64,000 nucleotides of DNA, taken from contig JBFMHR010000003.1 of the NCBI GenBank assembly GCA_040751795.1, positions 128,001 through 192,000 of the forward strand. The letters are read 5' to 3'. The notes under the pieces are model-generated. The model searched no databases. It worked only from the letters and a program-made list of their open reading frames with translations, and was not told the DNA's origin. Origin of the DNA: Thermoplasmatota archaeon. Lineage in GTDB: Archaea > Thermoplasmatota > Thermoplasmata > UBA10834. Both the position numbers and the translations under genes were made by a program. Shown here one piece after another: positions 10,194 through 20,386 of this stretch (position 1 is the stretch's first letter; each line of letters starts with the position of its first letter).

Positions 10194-11447
10194 GTGAGGG
10201 TGACCAGTTTGGACGCTTCGGAGCTGATGGGCCGGGTCGAGTCCCAGCGCGATAGGATCGTCGAGGACTTCTGCGCGATGCTGCGCGTCAAGGCCGTCGG
10301 GCCGGAGAGCGGCGGCGAGGGAGAGCACGCGAGGGCGGAGCACCTGGTCGCCCTCGCGAGGAGGCTCGGCCTCAGGGACATCGAGGTCCTCGAGTCCCCC
10401 GACCCGAACGTGCCTTCGGGCAAGAGGCCCAACATCATCATCAGGGTCAAGGGGAGGAAGCCGAGGAGGCTGTGGGTGGTCACGCACATGGACACCGTCC
10501 CCGAGGGGGACCTGTCGGCGTGGGCGACCCCGCCCTACGAGCCCACGGTCAAGGACGGGAGGATCTACGCCCGGGGCTCGGAGGACAACGGGCAGGAGCT
10601 CATGGCCTCCCTCTACGGCCTCGCCACGGTCGTGGGCGCCGGGGTCGTGCCCGAGCTGGACACGGGCCTCGTCCTGGTCTCCGACGAGGAGCACGGTAAC
10701 ACCCACGGCATCGACTTCGTCATGGGGAAGGGGCTGTTCAGGAAGGGCGACCTGGTGGTCGTGCCGGACCACGGCTCGCCCGACGGGTCGGAGGTGGAGG
10801 TCGTGGAGAAGTCCATAGCCTGGATAGACGTCGAGGTCGCCGGGAGGCAGACGCACGCGAGCACCCCGCACAAGGGGGTCAACGCCCTCGAGGTCGCGGC
10901 CAGGTTCATGCTGGCCGCGTGCGGGAAGCTGAGGGGGAAGTACTCCGTCAGGGACCCGCTGTTCGACCCGCCCGGGAGCACCTTCGAGCCCACCAGGTGC
11001 GAGGCCAACGGCCCGAACGTGAACACGGTGCCGGGCAGGCAGAGGTTCTCGTTCGACTTCAGGGTGCTGCCGGACCACCCGCTGGACGAGGTCCTCGCGG
11101 ACCTCAGGGCCGTCGCGGACGAGGTCGGGCGGTCCTCCGGGGCCGAGATCTCGCTCGACATCCTCCAGAGGGCGGACGCCGCCCCCAAGACGCCCATCGG
11201 CTCGGAGGTCGTGGAGCGGCTCTCCAGGGCGATCTCCCTGACGAGGGACGTGAAGGTGAGGCCGACGGGCATCGGGGGAGGCACCTGCGCCGCCCCGTTC
11301 AGGCGCGAGGGGATCGAGGCCGCCGTGTGGGCGACGGTCGCCAGCGTCGCTCACGACGTGAACGAGTACTGCGTCATCGACGGCCTTGTGGGCGACGCGA
11401 AGGTGTACGCCCTGCTGTTCGCCGGGGACGGCGTGAGGGGCGGCTAG
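10194..11447 (+). CDS. M20 family metallohydrolase (DapE/ArgE-like)
   Basis: HMDTVP, RGSEDNG, DEE, HAS, AH..NE motifs. Confidence 0.9.
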   Translation: MRVTSLDASELMGRVESQRDRIVEDFCAMLRVKAVGPESGGEGEHARAEHLVALARRLGLRDIEVLESPDPNVPSGKRPNIIIRVKGRKPRRLWVVTHMDTVPEGDLSAWATPPYEPTVKDGRIYARGSEDNGQELMASLYGLATVVGAGVVPELDTGLVLVSDEEHGNTHGIDFVMGKGLFRKGDLVVVPDHGSPDGSEVEVVEKSIAWIDVEVAGRQTHASTPHKGVNALEVAARFMLAACGKLRGKYSVRDPLFDPPGSTFEPTRCEANGPNVNTVPGRQRFSFDFRVLPDHPLDEVLADLRAVADEVGRSSGAEISLDILQRADAAPKTPIGSEVVERLSRAISLTRDVKVRPTGIGGGTCAAPFRREGIEAAVWATVASVAHDVNEYCVIDGLVGDAKVYALLFAGDGVRGG

Positions 11448-12409
11448 AAGTCCTGGCCCGAGCCCCGCTGCTTGTCGCCGAAGATCCTCGCTACCATCCA
11501 GTCGGAGTCGAACCTGCCGAACTCGTCGTACTCCTGGCCGTAGCTCACGTAGGCGATGGGCTTCCCGACCGCCTTGGCTATGGAGAGCGCGGCGCCGCCC
11601 TTGGCGTCCGCGTCTATCTTCGTCAGCACGACCGCGTCGATCCCGACCGCCTCGTCGAACTTCCTCGCCTGCTCGACGGCGTCGGAGCCGGCGAGCGAGT
11701 CGCCGACGAACACGACCAGGTCCGGCTTCGCGACCCTCTTGATCTTCTTCATCTCGTCCATGAGGTTGGTGTTGGTCTGCATCCTCCCGGCGGTGTCTAT
11801 GAGGACGATGCCCTTCTTCCTGGCCTTGGCGTGCTCGACCGCGTCGTAGGCGACGGCCGCGGGGTCCCCCCCGGCCTGGTGCTTGACGATCTTGCACCCC
11901 AGCCTGTCGGCGTGGATCGTGAGCTGCTCGATCGCCCCCGCCCTGAAGGTGTCGGCCGCGGCCAGCACGACCGTGTAGCCGTGCTTCTGCAGCCTGCTCG
12001 CGAGCTTCGCGATGACGGTGGTCTTGCCCGTCCCGTTGATCCCGACGAACATGATGACGAAAGTGGCGTCCTTGGCCTCGAGCCGGTCCTTGAGGGAGAA
12101 CCTCCTCTCGTCTAGGACCTGCTTCACGGCCGCCCTGAAGGCCAGCTGGATCGCCTCCTCGATCTTGAAGTCGCGGTCGATCCGCTTGCCGGCGAGGGAC
12201 TGCCTCACCTTCTCGGTCAGCTCCTCCGCCACGGGCAGGGCGACGTCCGCCTCCAGGAGCCCCATCTGGAGCTCCTGCAGCACGTCGTCGAGGACGCCCT
12301 CCCTGAGCCGCCTCCCCGAGTCGCCCGCGACCTCAGAAATATCCTCGATGGACCTGGTCTTGGCCGACTTGGACGCCGCTGAGAGCTTCTCCCTGAGAGC
12401 TTTGAACAT
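11444..12409 (-). CDS. ftsY: SRP receptor FtsY
   Basis: GINGTGKTT, DTFRAGA, DTAGR, TKIDADAKGG motifs. Confidence 0.97.
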   Translation of the reverse strand: MFKALREKLSAASKSAKTRSIEDISEVAGDSGRRLREGVLDDVLQELQMGLLEADVALPVAEELTEKVRQSLAGKRIDRDFKIEEAIQLAFRAAVKQVLDERRFSLKDRLEAKDATFVIMFVGINGTGKTTVIAKLASRLQKHGYTVVLAAADTFRAGAIEQLTIHADRLGCKIVKHQAGGDPAAVAYDAVEHAKARKKGIVLIDTAGRMQTNTNLMDEMKKIKRVAKPDLVVFVGDSLAGSDAVEQARKFDEAVGIDAVVLTKIDADAKGGAALSIAKAVGKPIAYVSYGQEYDEFGRFDSDWMVARIFGDKQRGSGQDF

Positions 12410-12418
12410 GTCGGGACC

Positions 12419-12853
12419 TCAGGCCTTCTGGCCGCCCGCCTGGAACCTCTCGTACTGCTCCTGGACCTTGTCCGTGAGCTCCTGGATGGCCGCCTCCGTC
12501 TGCGCCGCCATCTCCGCGACCTTCTGGAACGCCTGGGCCAGCTCCTCGACCCTCGTGTCGAGCATCTTCTCGGCCTCCTCGGCGCCCCTCTGGACGGAGA
12601 CGCCGGAGCCGACCCCGATGACGACGTCCTTCCTCTCGGACGCCTTCGCGTAGATGTACGAGTCCGCCCCGACCGGGATCATCAGCTCGTCGCCGGGCGC
12701 GCTCTTGGCGAGGCTCCTGACGGTCTCCCTCGCCTTGACGTGCTCCTCGATCGCCAGCTGGATGAGCTCCTGCTGCTTGGAGAGCCCCTCGAGCTGCGCC
12801 TTGGCCGTCTCGAGCCTCATCATGTTCTCCCTCAGGGCGGTCTCTTCGCTCAC
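12419..12853 (-). CDS. pfdA: Prefoldin alpha subunit
   Basis: Coiled coils around LMIPVGADSY...VVIGVGSG; conserved rpl18a-pfdA-ftsY order; GTG start overlapping the rpl18a stop. Confidence 0.92.
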   Translation of the reverse strand: MSEETALRENMMRLETAKAQLEGLSKQQELIQLAIEEHVKARETVRSLAKSAPGDELMIPVGADSYIYAKASERKDVVIGVGSGVSVQRGAEEAEKMLDTRVEELAQAFQKVAEMAAQTEAAIQELTDKVQEQYERFQAGGQKA

Positions 12854-13083
12854 TTCTTCTCCCCCAGAAGGTGCTTGACGGTGTGGTCGCTTACCTCCTC
12901 GGGCTTCAGCGGCCGCACCCCGTCGATCTTCACGAACTTGCGCTTGACCTTGTGCCTGCTTCCTATGAGCGCGAGCGACTTCTCCAGGGCCGCCTTCTCG
13001 TCGGCCGACGCGACCTCGAGCGCGAATGGCTGCCACTCGCGCGGGGAGAGCCGGAATTGTCCCTTGACTTCGAATGCCTTCAT
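12850..13083 (-). CDS. rpl18a: 50S ribosomal protein L18Ae (eL20/LX)
   Basis: MKAFEVKG...GSRHKVKR. Confidence 0.92.
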   Translation of the reverse strand: MKAFEVKGQFRLSPREWQPFALEVASADEKAALEKSLALIGSRHKVKRKFVKIDGVRPLKPEEVSDHTVKHLLGEKK

Positions 13084-13180
13084 GAGGACCAGCAGGGGCC
13101 CTAGAGAGGGTGTCTCAGATAAAGCTTTTGCACCCCTCGTTCGCAAGGTTCATTACATTCACGCGCGCTGGAATCCCTCC

Positions 13181-14023
13181 GTGAAGAGGACCCTAGACGC
13201 CTACTACCCCGGGAAGGGGTTCCCCTCCGTGTCGACGACGGGGCGGTCATGCGGCCTGGCCTGCAAGCACTGCGCGGGGAGGTACCTCGAGGGCATGGTC
13301 CCGGTGACCGAGCCCGGGGAGCTGGTGTCGTTCGCGCGCGCTCTCGCCTCAGGGGGCGGCCGGGGCATGCTCCTCAGCGGGGGCTGCGACGCCGACGGGA
13401 GGGTCCGGCTGGAGCGGTTCGCGCCGGCCATCAGGGAGATCAAGGCCTCCACCCCTCTGGTCATGAACGCCCACGTGGGGCTCATGCCGCGCAGCGGCCT
13501 CGAGGAGTTGTCCGAGGCCGGCGTCGACTGCTTCTCCGTCGACGTCTACGGGGACGACGACACCGTGGAGGAGGTCCTCGGCGTCCGCGCGGCCGCGGAT
13601 GAGTACGCCGCCGTCGTCGGGCACCTCTTGGACATGGGGGCACAGGTCGCGCCGCACATCTGCATAGGCGTCCGCGGCGGGAAGCCGGGCCACGAGCGCG
13701 CCGCGGTGGACAGGATGGCGCGGCTCTCCCCGGCGACGCTGGTGCTCATCTCGTTCATCCCGACGCGCGGGACCGCGTACGCGTCCCGCAGCCCGCCGGA
13801 GGGCGGGGAGATCGTGTCGGTGGTGTCGTACGCGCGCTCCGCGCTCCCGCGGACCCGCCTCCTGCTGGGGTGCATGCGCTCGAGGAGGGACAGGTCCTGG
13901 GAGCTGGAGGCGGTCAGGGCCGGCCTCGACGGGATCGTGCTCCCGTCGGAGGAGACCCTCAGGGCGGCGGCCTCGCTCGGCTACGAGGTGAGGAAGAAGG
14001 GGACCTGCTGCGCCATCGCCTGA
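13181..14023 (+). CDS. Radical SAM protein, LipS1-like (archaeal lipoyl synthase component)
   Basis: CGLACKHC radical SAM motif plus GCMR and C-terminal CC motifs. Confidence 0.7.
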   Translation: MKRTLDAYYPGKGFPSVSTTGRSCGLACKHCAGRYLEGMVPVTEPGELVSFARALASGGGRGMLLSGGCDADGRVRLERFAPAIREIKASTPLVMNAHVGLMPRSGLEELSEAGVDCFSVDVYGDDDTVEEVLGVRAAADEYAAVVGHLLDMGAQVAPHICIGVRGGKPGHERAAVDRMARLSPATLVLISFIPTRGTAYASRSPPEGGEIVSVVSYARSALPRTRLLLGCMRSRRDRSWELEAVRAGLDGIVLPSEETLRAAASLGYEVRKKGTCCAIA

Positions 14024-14851
14024 CTACTTGTAGATGGAGCCCTGGGAGTACTTCCTCTCGATGGGGACCAGGTACGCGATCCAGGCCACGTTGGCCACGA
14101 AGAAGGCGAGGGCGATCACGGCCACGATCCCCGTGAACATCTCCGACGTGTCCTTGACGAGGGTGAGGGTCACGACCGCGCCGGGCGAGGACAGGTCGTT
14201 GACCACGACATGGAGGAGGGTGTGTTCCATGGCAGGGACATCCATGCTCAGGCTCCCGGCGAGCTGGTAGTCCTCCCTGTTCAGCCGCAGGAAGTACATG
14301 TCCGCGATGCTGTCTATGTGGTCCTGGTAGGTCGCATCGTCCACGAGGTACACCTCGACGGCCTCCGTCGCGGACGCGCGCAGCTCCGACACCCTCTGGA
14401 GGGCCAGGGGGTCCCTGGACCAGAAAGAGTAGGGCTCCGCCGCGGTGGCGCTGCCGGTCCTCTGGGCGGCGTCCTCGGTAACCGCGAGGACGGGCTGCAC
14501 CATGAGGATGATGGTCACCACCGCCCCGACGGCCGCGAGCAGCATCGAGCTGTTCATGGAGTTCTTGGCCATCAGGTGCTTCGCGCTCGAGCTCCTGGCG
14601 AACCTGATCTCCATGATCCGGAAGAAGAAGCTCTCGACGCAGACGACGAGGAGCAGCAGCGCCATGACCGCCGCGAACTGGTCGAGCGGGAGGTAGAGGC
14701 TGGGCGTCATGGTGGCGTCGCCGATGACGAAGACGAGGACGAACCCGAGGGCGACCAGCATCACGACCTGGACGACATACAGGGTCATCTTGATCCTGCG
14801 GAGCCTGCCGAGCCTCACGGAGTCCTCCAGCACCTTCTTCGAGAGCGGCAT
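14024..14851 (-). CDS. Multi-pass membrane protein of unknown function
   Basis: Four hydrophobic segments; typical codon usage; downstream of priS. Confidence 0.7.
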   Translation of the reverse strand: MPLSKKVLEDSVRLGRLRRIKMTLYVVQVVMLVALGFVLVFVIGDATMTPSLYLPLDQFAAVMALLLLVVCVESFFFRIMEIRFARSSSAKHLMAKNSMNSSMLLAAVGAVVTIILMVQPVLAVTEDAAQRTGSATAAEPYSFWSRDPLALQRVSELRASATEAVEVYLVDDATYQDHIDSIADMYFLRLNREDYQLAGSLSMDVPAMEHTLLHVVVNDLSSPGAVVTLTLVKDTSEMFTGIVAVIALAFFVANVAWIAYLVPIERKYSQGSIYK

Positions 14852-14889
14852 TGCGGGTTAAGATGCCCGCATCTGAATTAATAGTTTTC

Positions 14890-16122
14890 TCAGTGGGTAT
14901 CAGCCGCGGCCAGCTTTCTGCACAGCAGGTGGACCGCGACGTATTCGGGGACCCGGTTCGCCCCCTCGTCCAGCGAGAATCCCCTGTCCCTGAGCCTGAC
15001 CTCCACCGGTCTGTCGCACACGACGGCGACCTCGGTCTCCCCGAACGCGGCGGGGACCGCGGAGACGAACGGGTCGAACCCGTCGAGGTCGTCCCTCTTC
15101 ATCGGCACCACCTGGAACCCGGTCTTGCCGTGGAGCGAGCTCGGGAGCCTGATGAGCCTCTTGATGTCCGAGGTCACGGGCTCGTCCGTCTCCCCCTTCA
15201 TCCTCCCCTTGACGCGCATCTCCACGAGCCTGAGGAACGCGTCAGCGTGCCTCTTCTGGGAGAACACCTCGAACGTGTCGTCGGCGCGCATGCGGTCCAC
15301 CCCCCTCTTCCCCTCGGCGCCCTTGAACAGGTCGGAGTACATCCCCCCGACCGTCCTCTCCCCCGTCTCCTTGTCCGAGGCGGAGAGCGCCTCGGAGATC
15401 CCCCTGACCGCCTCGCCCTCGTCCAGCGCCTCCAGTTCGGCCAGCAGGTCGTCGATGCCCCTCCTCATCCTCCTGCGCCACCCGCCGTCGGCGAGCGTCG
15501 GCATCGCCCTCCTGTACTCGGTGCCGACCCTCTCCTTGTACCTCCTCGCCTCGAAGGCGGTGGAGGGGAACACCCAGTCGATGTCGAGGTCGGTGCCCGT
15601 GACGTAGTCGACGACCTCGCGCCTCTCGTGGCTCGAGAGCCTCATCACGCGCGGGTCGTTGATGTGGACGTGGTACCCCCTGCCCCCCGAGAAGGCCACC
15701 TTCAGGCTGTCGCCGTCGAATCCCAGGTCCCCCAGGAGGAACTCGTCGATCAGCCGCACGACCTCCACCTTCACCCTCTCGAGCATCTTCTCGTAGGGGA
15801 GGCCCTTAGTCCCCTCGACGTGGTCCGCGTCGAGGTCGAATATCAGGTCGGCCCCGAGCCACTTCTTCTCGGCCATCGTCGGCGCGTCCGGCCTCTCGTA
15901 GTAGGCGCACGAGTAGTAGGCGTGCGACGGGACCTGCTCGACGAGGTAGTTCTTCAGCGAGGCCCTCGTCGGGAAGGACAGGTGCCGCATCACGAAGGTC
16001 CTGTCGAAGAACATGAATCCGAACTCCCTCCTCGCGAACCTGTCCGGCATGGAGAGGGGCACCTGCCGGTAGTGCTTGGAGAACATTCTCATGACGAATC
16101 TAGCCGAGGCGTCGGAGGGCAT
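14890..16122 (-). CDS. priS: DNA primase small (catalytic) subunit
   Basis: REFGF, DLIFDLDAD, FSGGRGYH, DEPVTSDIKRLIRLPSSLHGK. Confidence 0.96.
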   Translation of the reverse strand: MPSDASARFVMRMFSKHYRQVPLSMPDRFARREFGFMFFDRTFVMRHLSFPTRASLKNYLVEQVPSHAYYSCAYYERPDAPTMAEKKWLGADLIFDLDADHVEGTKGLPYEKMLERVKVEVVRLIDEFLLGDLGFDGDSLKVAFSGGRGYHVHINDPRVMRLSSHERREVVDYVTGTDLDIDWVFPSTAFEARRYKERVGTEYRRAMPTLADGGWRRRMRRGIDDLLAELEALDEGEAVRGISEALSASDKETGERTVGGMYSDLFKGAEGKRGVDRMRADDTFEVFSQKRHADAFLRLVEMRVKGRMKGETDEPVTSDIKRLIRLPSSLHGKTGFQVVPMKRDDLDGFDPFVSAVPAAFGETEVAVVCDRPVEVRLRDRGFSLDEGANRVPEYVAVHLLCRKLAAADTH

Positions 16123-16248
16123 GCGCCAGTGTCATCCCAGTGACCACTATATTAACCTCTCATGTGCCCCTGCGCTGCACGTAGCGCCCGTATCAACAAC
16201 AATAATGAACCCCAAGGCCTATGCCTACGCCCAGCCAAGGTAGTCGCG

Positions 16249-17124
16249 ATGATCAAGGTCTTCATCAGGGTCGAGTTGAGCAGCGAGGGCGAGTCGCCGA
16301 AGGAGGTGGTCGAGAGGATGAGGCAGATCGGCTGCACCCCCGTCGTGGGGGACTTCGACTTCGAGATGCCCCTCGGGGACGACGAGCGGCTCTTCGACAA
16401 GCTCGAGGACATACACCACGCCCTTCGCGGCTCCAACGCCAGGTACAGCGTGACCACGAGGACGGACGTGGAGGACGCGGGGAGCGCCCAGAGGAACCAC
16501 GTGACGCCGCTGGTGGACCAGAAGGCGACGGAGCTGAAGAGGAAGCTGTACAGGGAGAAGCTCGAGCGGTGGCGCGAGCTCGGTCTGGACGTCGAGGAGC
16601 TCGAGGTCCTCCTGGACAGCGACATGGAGCGGTTCAAGCAGGTGAGCAAGGACTTCCTGAGGACCCACCTGGACAAGATGTCCGTCGTCAAGGACAAGCA
16701 CCCGCCGGAGAACCAGGTCGACGGCGAGGTGCTGTCGCTGCTCGACGAGCAGGGCCGCACCCTTCAGGACATCATGTCCCTCACAGGGTACTCCGAGGAG
16801 GCGGTGACGCTGTCCCTCGGCAGGCTGATATCCGCCGGCAGCACCCAGACCGAGAAGAACGGCCAGGCCGAGGTCTACAGGCTGATCCCCCCGCCGGCCC
16901 CGCCGGTGAGGAAGCAGATCAAGGTGCTCACCGCCCAGTCGGAGGACGAGGCCGAGCAGAGGATCGTCACGGCGCTCCGGCCGAACGGCTCCACGAGGGG
17001 CCAGCTCATCCGGGGCAGCAGGCTCCCGACCGAGCAGGCCACCAAGGCCATAGCCTCCCTCTCCAAGAAGGGGAAGGTGAGGGTCGTCCGCAGGGGGAAA
17101 GAGGCTTTCTTCTACCCCACTTGA
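16249..17124 (+). CDS. Hypothetical multidomain protein (small alpha/beta domain, WR..G..V..LE module, two wHTH-like domains)
   Basis: Typical codon usage; TLQDIMSLTGYSEEAVTLSLGRL and TRGQLIRGSRL...SLSKKGKV resemble wHTH. Confidence 0.7.
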   Translation: MIKVFIRVELSSEGESPKEVVERMRQIGCTPVVGDFDFEMPLGDDERLFDKLEDIHHALRGSNARYSVTTRTDVEDAGSAQRNHVTPLVDQKATELKRKLYREKLERWRELGLDVEELEVLLDSDMERFKQVSKDFLRTHLDKMSVVKDKHPPENQVDGEVLSLLDEQGRTLQDIMSLTGYSEEAVTLSLGRLISAGSTQTEKNGQAEVYRLIPPPAPPVRKQIKVLTAQSEDEAEQRIVTALRPNGSTRGQLIRGSRLPTEQATKAIASLSKKGKVRVVRRGKEAFFYPT

Positions 17125-17205
17125 CGCGCGGGCCCGCGCCGCCGCGCCAGCCCGCGAAGGTTTATTAGAGAACCATCCGATTGAGCGCCGAGGCCAGGTC
17201 GGCGG

Positions 17206-18075
17206 ATGATCGCGCTAAGTCTCAAGGGCGTCAGGTTCAGGTATCCAGGGGCGTCAGAGTGGGCGCTCGACGTCCCCTCCCTGGACATCGAGCGCGGCGA
17301 GTTCGTCACGGTCCTCGGCCCGAACGGCTCGGGGAAGACGACGCTCTCGTTCCTCGCCAACGGCCTCGTCCCCAAATCGGTCCGGGGCGACTTCGAGGGC
17401 TCCGTCGAGGTGTTCGGGCACAAGGTGTCCGAATACACCGTGGCCCAGCTGTCCACGCTCGTCGGGGCCGTCTTCCAGGAGCCGGACAGCCAGCTGTTCT
17501 GCATGAGCGCCGAGGAGGAGGTCGCCTTCGGCCCCGAGAACCTCGCGGTCCCCAGGGAGGAGATCGCCAGGCGCGTCGAGTGGGCGCTCGACGTCGTGGG
17601 CCTGAAGGGGCTCGCCCACAGGCCCCCGTCCACGCTCTCCGGCGGGCAGAAGCAGAGGCTCGCGATCGCGGCCGCGCTGTCCATGAAGCCATCGATGCTG
17701 ATGCTGGACGAGCCGGCCTACGCCCTGGACCCTGTCGGCAGGGTGGAGCTGTACTCGATACTCAGCGGCCTGAAGGCCGAGCACGGCATGACCGTGGTGG
17801 TCATGGAGCGCGACGCGGAGGACCTCGTCGAGTTCACCGACCGCTTCGTCCTCATGTCCGGGGGGAAGGTGCAGGCCGCGGGCCCGCCGCGGGAGATGAT
17901 GGGCGACCCGGCATCCCTCGCCAGGGCGGGGGTGTCCCCGCCGCAGATGGCCGTGGTCGCGTCCCTCCTCAACGCCAGGAGGAGGGGGCCGCAGTTCGGC
18001 TTCCTCACCGTGGAGCAGGCCGTCGCGGAGATAACGATCACCGCGCATCGGCACGCCAAGGGGGGAGCCAGGTGA
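17206..18075 (+). CDS. ECF transporter ATPase (EcfA)
   Basis: GPNGSGKTT, FQEPDSQL, LSGGQKQR, LDEP. Confidence 0.92.
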   Translation: MIALSLKGVRFRYPGASEWALDVPSLDIERGEFVTVLGPNGSGKTTLSFLANGLVPKSVRGDFEGSVEVFGHKVSEYTVAQLSTLVGAVFQEPDSQLFCMSAEEEVAFGPENLAVPREEIARRVEWALDVVGLKGLAHRPPSTLSGGQKQRLAIAAALSMKPSMLMLDEPAYALDPVGRVELYSILSGLKAEHGMTVVVMERDAEDLVEFTDRFVLMSGGKVQAAGPPREMMGDPASLARAGVSPPQMAVVASLLNARRRGPQFGFLTVEQAVAEITITAHRHAKGGAR

Positions 18076-18923
18076 TCCCTCACCCGGTCCCGGACGGGCC
18101 GGAGTGCGTCCTCCGCCTCCGCAACGTCAAGTTCACGTACGAGTCGGGGATCGAGGCCCTCGGCGGGGTCAACCTGTCGGTCGACAGGGGCGAGTACCTC
18201 GCCATCGTCGGCGGGAACGGCTCGGGCAAGACCACCCTCGCCAAGCACATGAACGGGCTGCTCAGGCCCGGCAGCGGGGAGGTCCTGGTCCTCGGCGCGC
18301 CCGCCTCTTCGAGGACGGTCGCCGAGCTCGCGAGGGTGGTGGGCTACGTCTTCCAGAACCCGGACCACCAGCTCTTCTGCGGCACCGTCCAGGAGGAGGT
18401 CGCGTTCGGCCCCTCCAACCTCGGCCTGGAGCCGGTCGAGGTCCGGACGCGCACGGAGCACGCGATAGACATCATGGGCCTCTCCCACGTCAAGGGCAGG
18501 TCCCCGCTGTCCCTCTCCCTGGGCCTCCGCCGGAGGGTGTCGATAGCCTCGGTGATCGCCATGCGCCCGCAGGTGCTGGTGCTCGACGAGCCCACCACAG
18601 GGCTCGACGCAGGGGAGGCGAAGGACCTGATGTCCATAGTCCGTGTCCTCAACGAGGAGGGGAGCACCATCGTCCTCATCACCCACGAGATGAAGCTCGT
18701 CGCGGAGCATGCGAACAGGGTGGTGGTGATGGCCGGCGGCAGGATCGTCCTCGACGCCGATACGAGGGGGGCGTTCTCGGACCCTACCCTCCTCCGCAGC
18801 AGCAAGCTCCTCCCGCCGCCCGTGACGCTCTTGGCCCACAAGCTGGCGCCCATGGGCGTGTCGAAGGACGTGCTCACGCCAGAGGAGCTCGTGTTCGAGC
18901 TCACGCGAGGGGGTGTGGGATGA
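18072..18923 (+). CDS. ECF transporter ATPase (EcfA')
   Basis: GGNGSGKTT, FQNPDHQLF, LDEPTTG, ITH; GTG start overlapping the previous stop. Confidence 0.92.
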   Translation: MIPHPVPDGPECVLRLRNVKFTYESGIEALGGVNLSVDRGEYLAIVGGNGSGKTTLAKHMNGLLRPGSGEVLVLGAPASSRTVAELARVVGYVFQNPDHQLFCGTVQEEVAFGPSNLGLEPVEVRTRTEHAIDIMGLSHVKGRSPLSLSLGLRRRVSIASVIAMRPQVLVLDEPTTGLDAGEAKDLMSIVRVLNEEGSTIVLITHEMKLVAEHANRVVVMAGGRIVLDADTRGAFSDPTLLRSSKLLPPPVTLLAHKLAPMGVSKDVLTPEELVFELTRGGVG

Positions 18924-19708
18924 CCGGCTTCATGGACCTCTACTCGGACAAGGACACCTTCCTGCACGGCCTCGACCCGCGCGTGAAGCTCCTGGCCGTG
19001 GTGATGATCAGCGCCCTCGCGTTTATCCTCTCCGAGTTGTGGTCGCTCCTGCTGCTCCTCGCCTTCATACTGCTGCTGATGGCTCTGACGGGGTCGAGCT
19101 TCAGGAAGGCGTTCCTCGCCCTGAAGTTCGTGATGAGGTTCATGGTCCTCATCACCGTGCTCTGGCCGCTGTTCGACAGGTCGGGGGTCCCGGTCCTGTT
19201 CTCCATCGGGCCGCTGGACATAACCGAGCCGGCCGTATGGCGGGGGCTGACGTCCGCTGTGAGGGTCGGCTGCTTCGCGACCGTGTGGTACATACTCATG
19301 TTCACGACCTCGCAGCGCGACCTGGTGCGCGGCCTCACGAAGCTGGGGCTGAGGTTCGACTACGGGCTCGCGCTGGCCATCTCCTTCAGGTTCATCCCGA
19401 CCTTCGGCCTCACCATCGAGTCGATCAAGGACGCGCAGAGGGCGAGGGCGCTCGAGCTCGACAGGGGCTCGCTGTGGCGTCGCTCCAAGAACTACGTCAC
19501 GGTCCTCGTCCCCACGGTGGTCGCCGCCCTCAGGACCGCCCACATGCTCTCCCTCACGCTGCAGTCCCGCGCGTACGGCGCTGTGCGCGACCGCACCTAC
19601 CTCAGGGAGGTCCGCATGGGCCGGCGGGACTACATCGCCGCGGCGGTGGCGGTGCTGGTCTTCCTGGTGCCGGCCGTCGCGATGTACCACTTCGGCGTCC
19701 AGCTTTGA
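18920..19708 (+). CDS. ECF transporter transmembrane component T
   Basis: LHGLDPRVKL, AQRARA and LQSRAY (ARG-type motifs). Confidence 0.92.
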   Translation: MTGFMDLYSDKDTFLHGLDPRVKLLAVVMISALAFILSELWSLLLLLAFILLLMALTGSSFRKAFLALKFVMRFMVLITVLWPLFDRSGVPVLFSIGPLDITEPAVWRGLTSAVRVGCFATVWYILMFTTSQRDLVRGLTKLGLRFDYGLALAISFRFIPTFGLTIESIKDAQRARALELDRGSLWRRSKNYVTVLVPTVVAALRTAHMLSLTLQSRAYGAVRDRTYLREVRMGRRDYIAAAVAVLVFLVPAVAMYHFGVQL

Positions 19709-19787
19709 GCTCGGAGCGGCGCTGCCGCGTTCGACACGGCGGCCGGTTAGGTTTAATGTACGTGCCCGCCATGAGGGTCTGGTCGCT

Positions 19788-20357
19788 GTGTCGACAGAGG
19801 TCCCGAAGGCGGAAGAGGGGAGGCCCAAGATCCTGGGCAGCGGCGACGCCGAGTTCATCTCGCCCGAGACGGTCGCCCTATTCGCGGTGCTCACCGCGCT
19901 GACGGCGGCCATCACGCTGATGACGGTGATACCGTTCCCGCCGACGCGCGGCTACTTCAACCTCGGCGAGGCGATGGTGTTCTTCTCCGCGTTCACGTTC
20001 GGCTGGAGGGCCGGCGCCGTCTGCGGCGGCGTCGGGTCCGCGATAGCGGACCTCCTGGGCGGGTGGGGCATGTTCGCCCCGACGACGCTCGTCGCGAAGG
20101 GGACGGAGGGCCTAGTCTCGGGCCTGATCGGCCGCATGAACGGCGGGAAGCCGCTGGCGTACGCGGCGGGGATCGCCTGCGGCGGGGCCTGCATGGTCAC
20201 CATCTACTTCCTCTCGGAGTGGCTGTTCCTCGGCTTCGGACTCGGCCCCGCGATAGCGGAGATACCCACGAACATAGCGCAGGTGACCATAGGCGGCACG
20301 GTCGGGAGCCTGCTCTCCCACTCGGTGAAGCTGGCGATGCCGTCGCTGGGCAAGTAG
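19788..20357 (+). CDS. ECF transporter substrate-binding S component (substrate unknown)
   Basis: GYFNLGEAMV, GSAIADL, APTTLVAKG; hydrophobic; last gene of the ECF operon. Confidence 0.88.
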   Translation: MSTEVPKAEEGRPKILGSGDAEFISPETVALFAVLTALTAAITLMTVIPFPPTRGYFNLGEAMVFFSAFTFGWRAGAVCGGVGSAIADLLGGWGMFAPTTLVAKGTEGLVSGLIGRMNGGKPLAYAAGIACGGACMVTIYFLSEWLFLGFGLGPAIAEIPTNIAQVTIGGTVGSLLSHSVKLAMPSLGK

Positions 20358-20386
20358 CCACGCGGCGTCCCTGGTCGGGGCGCGCC

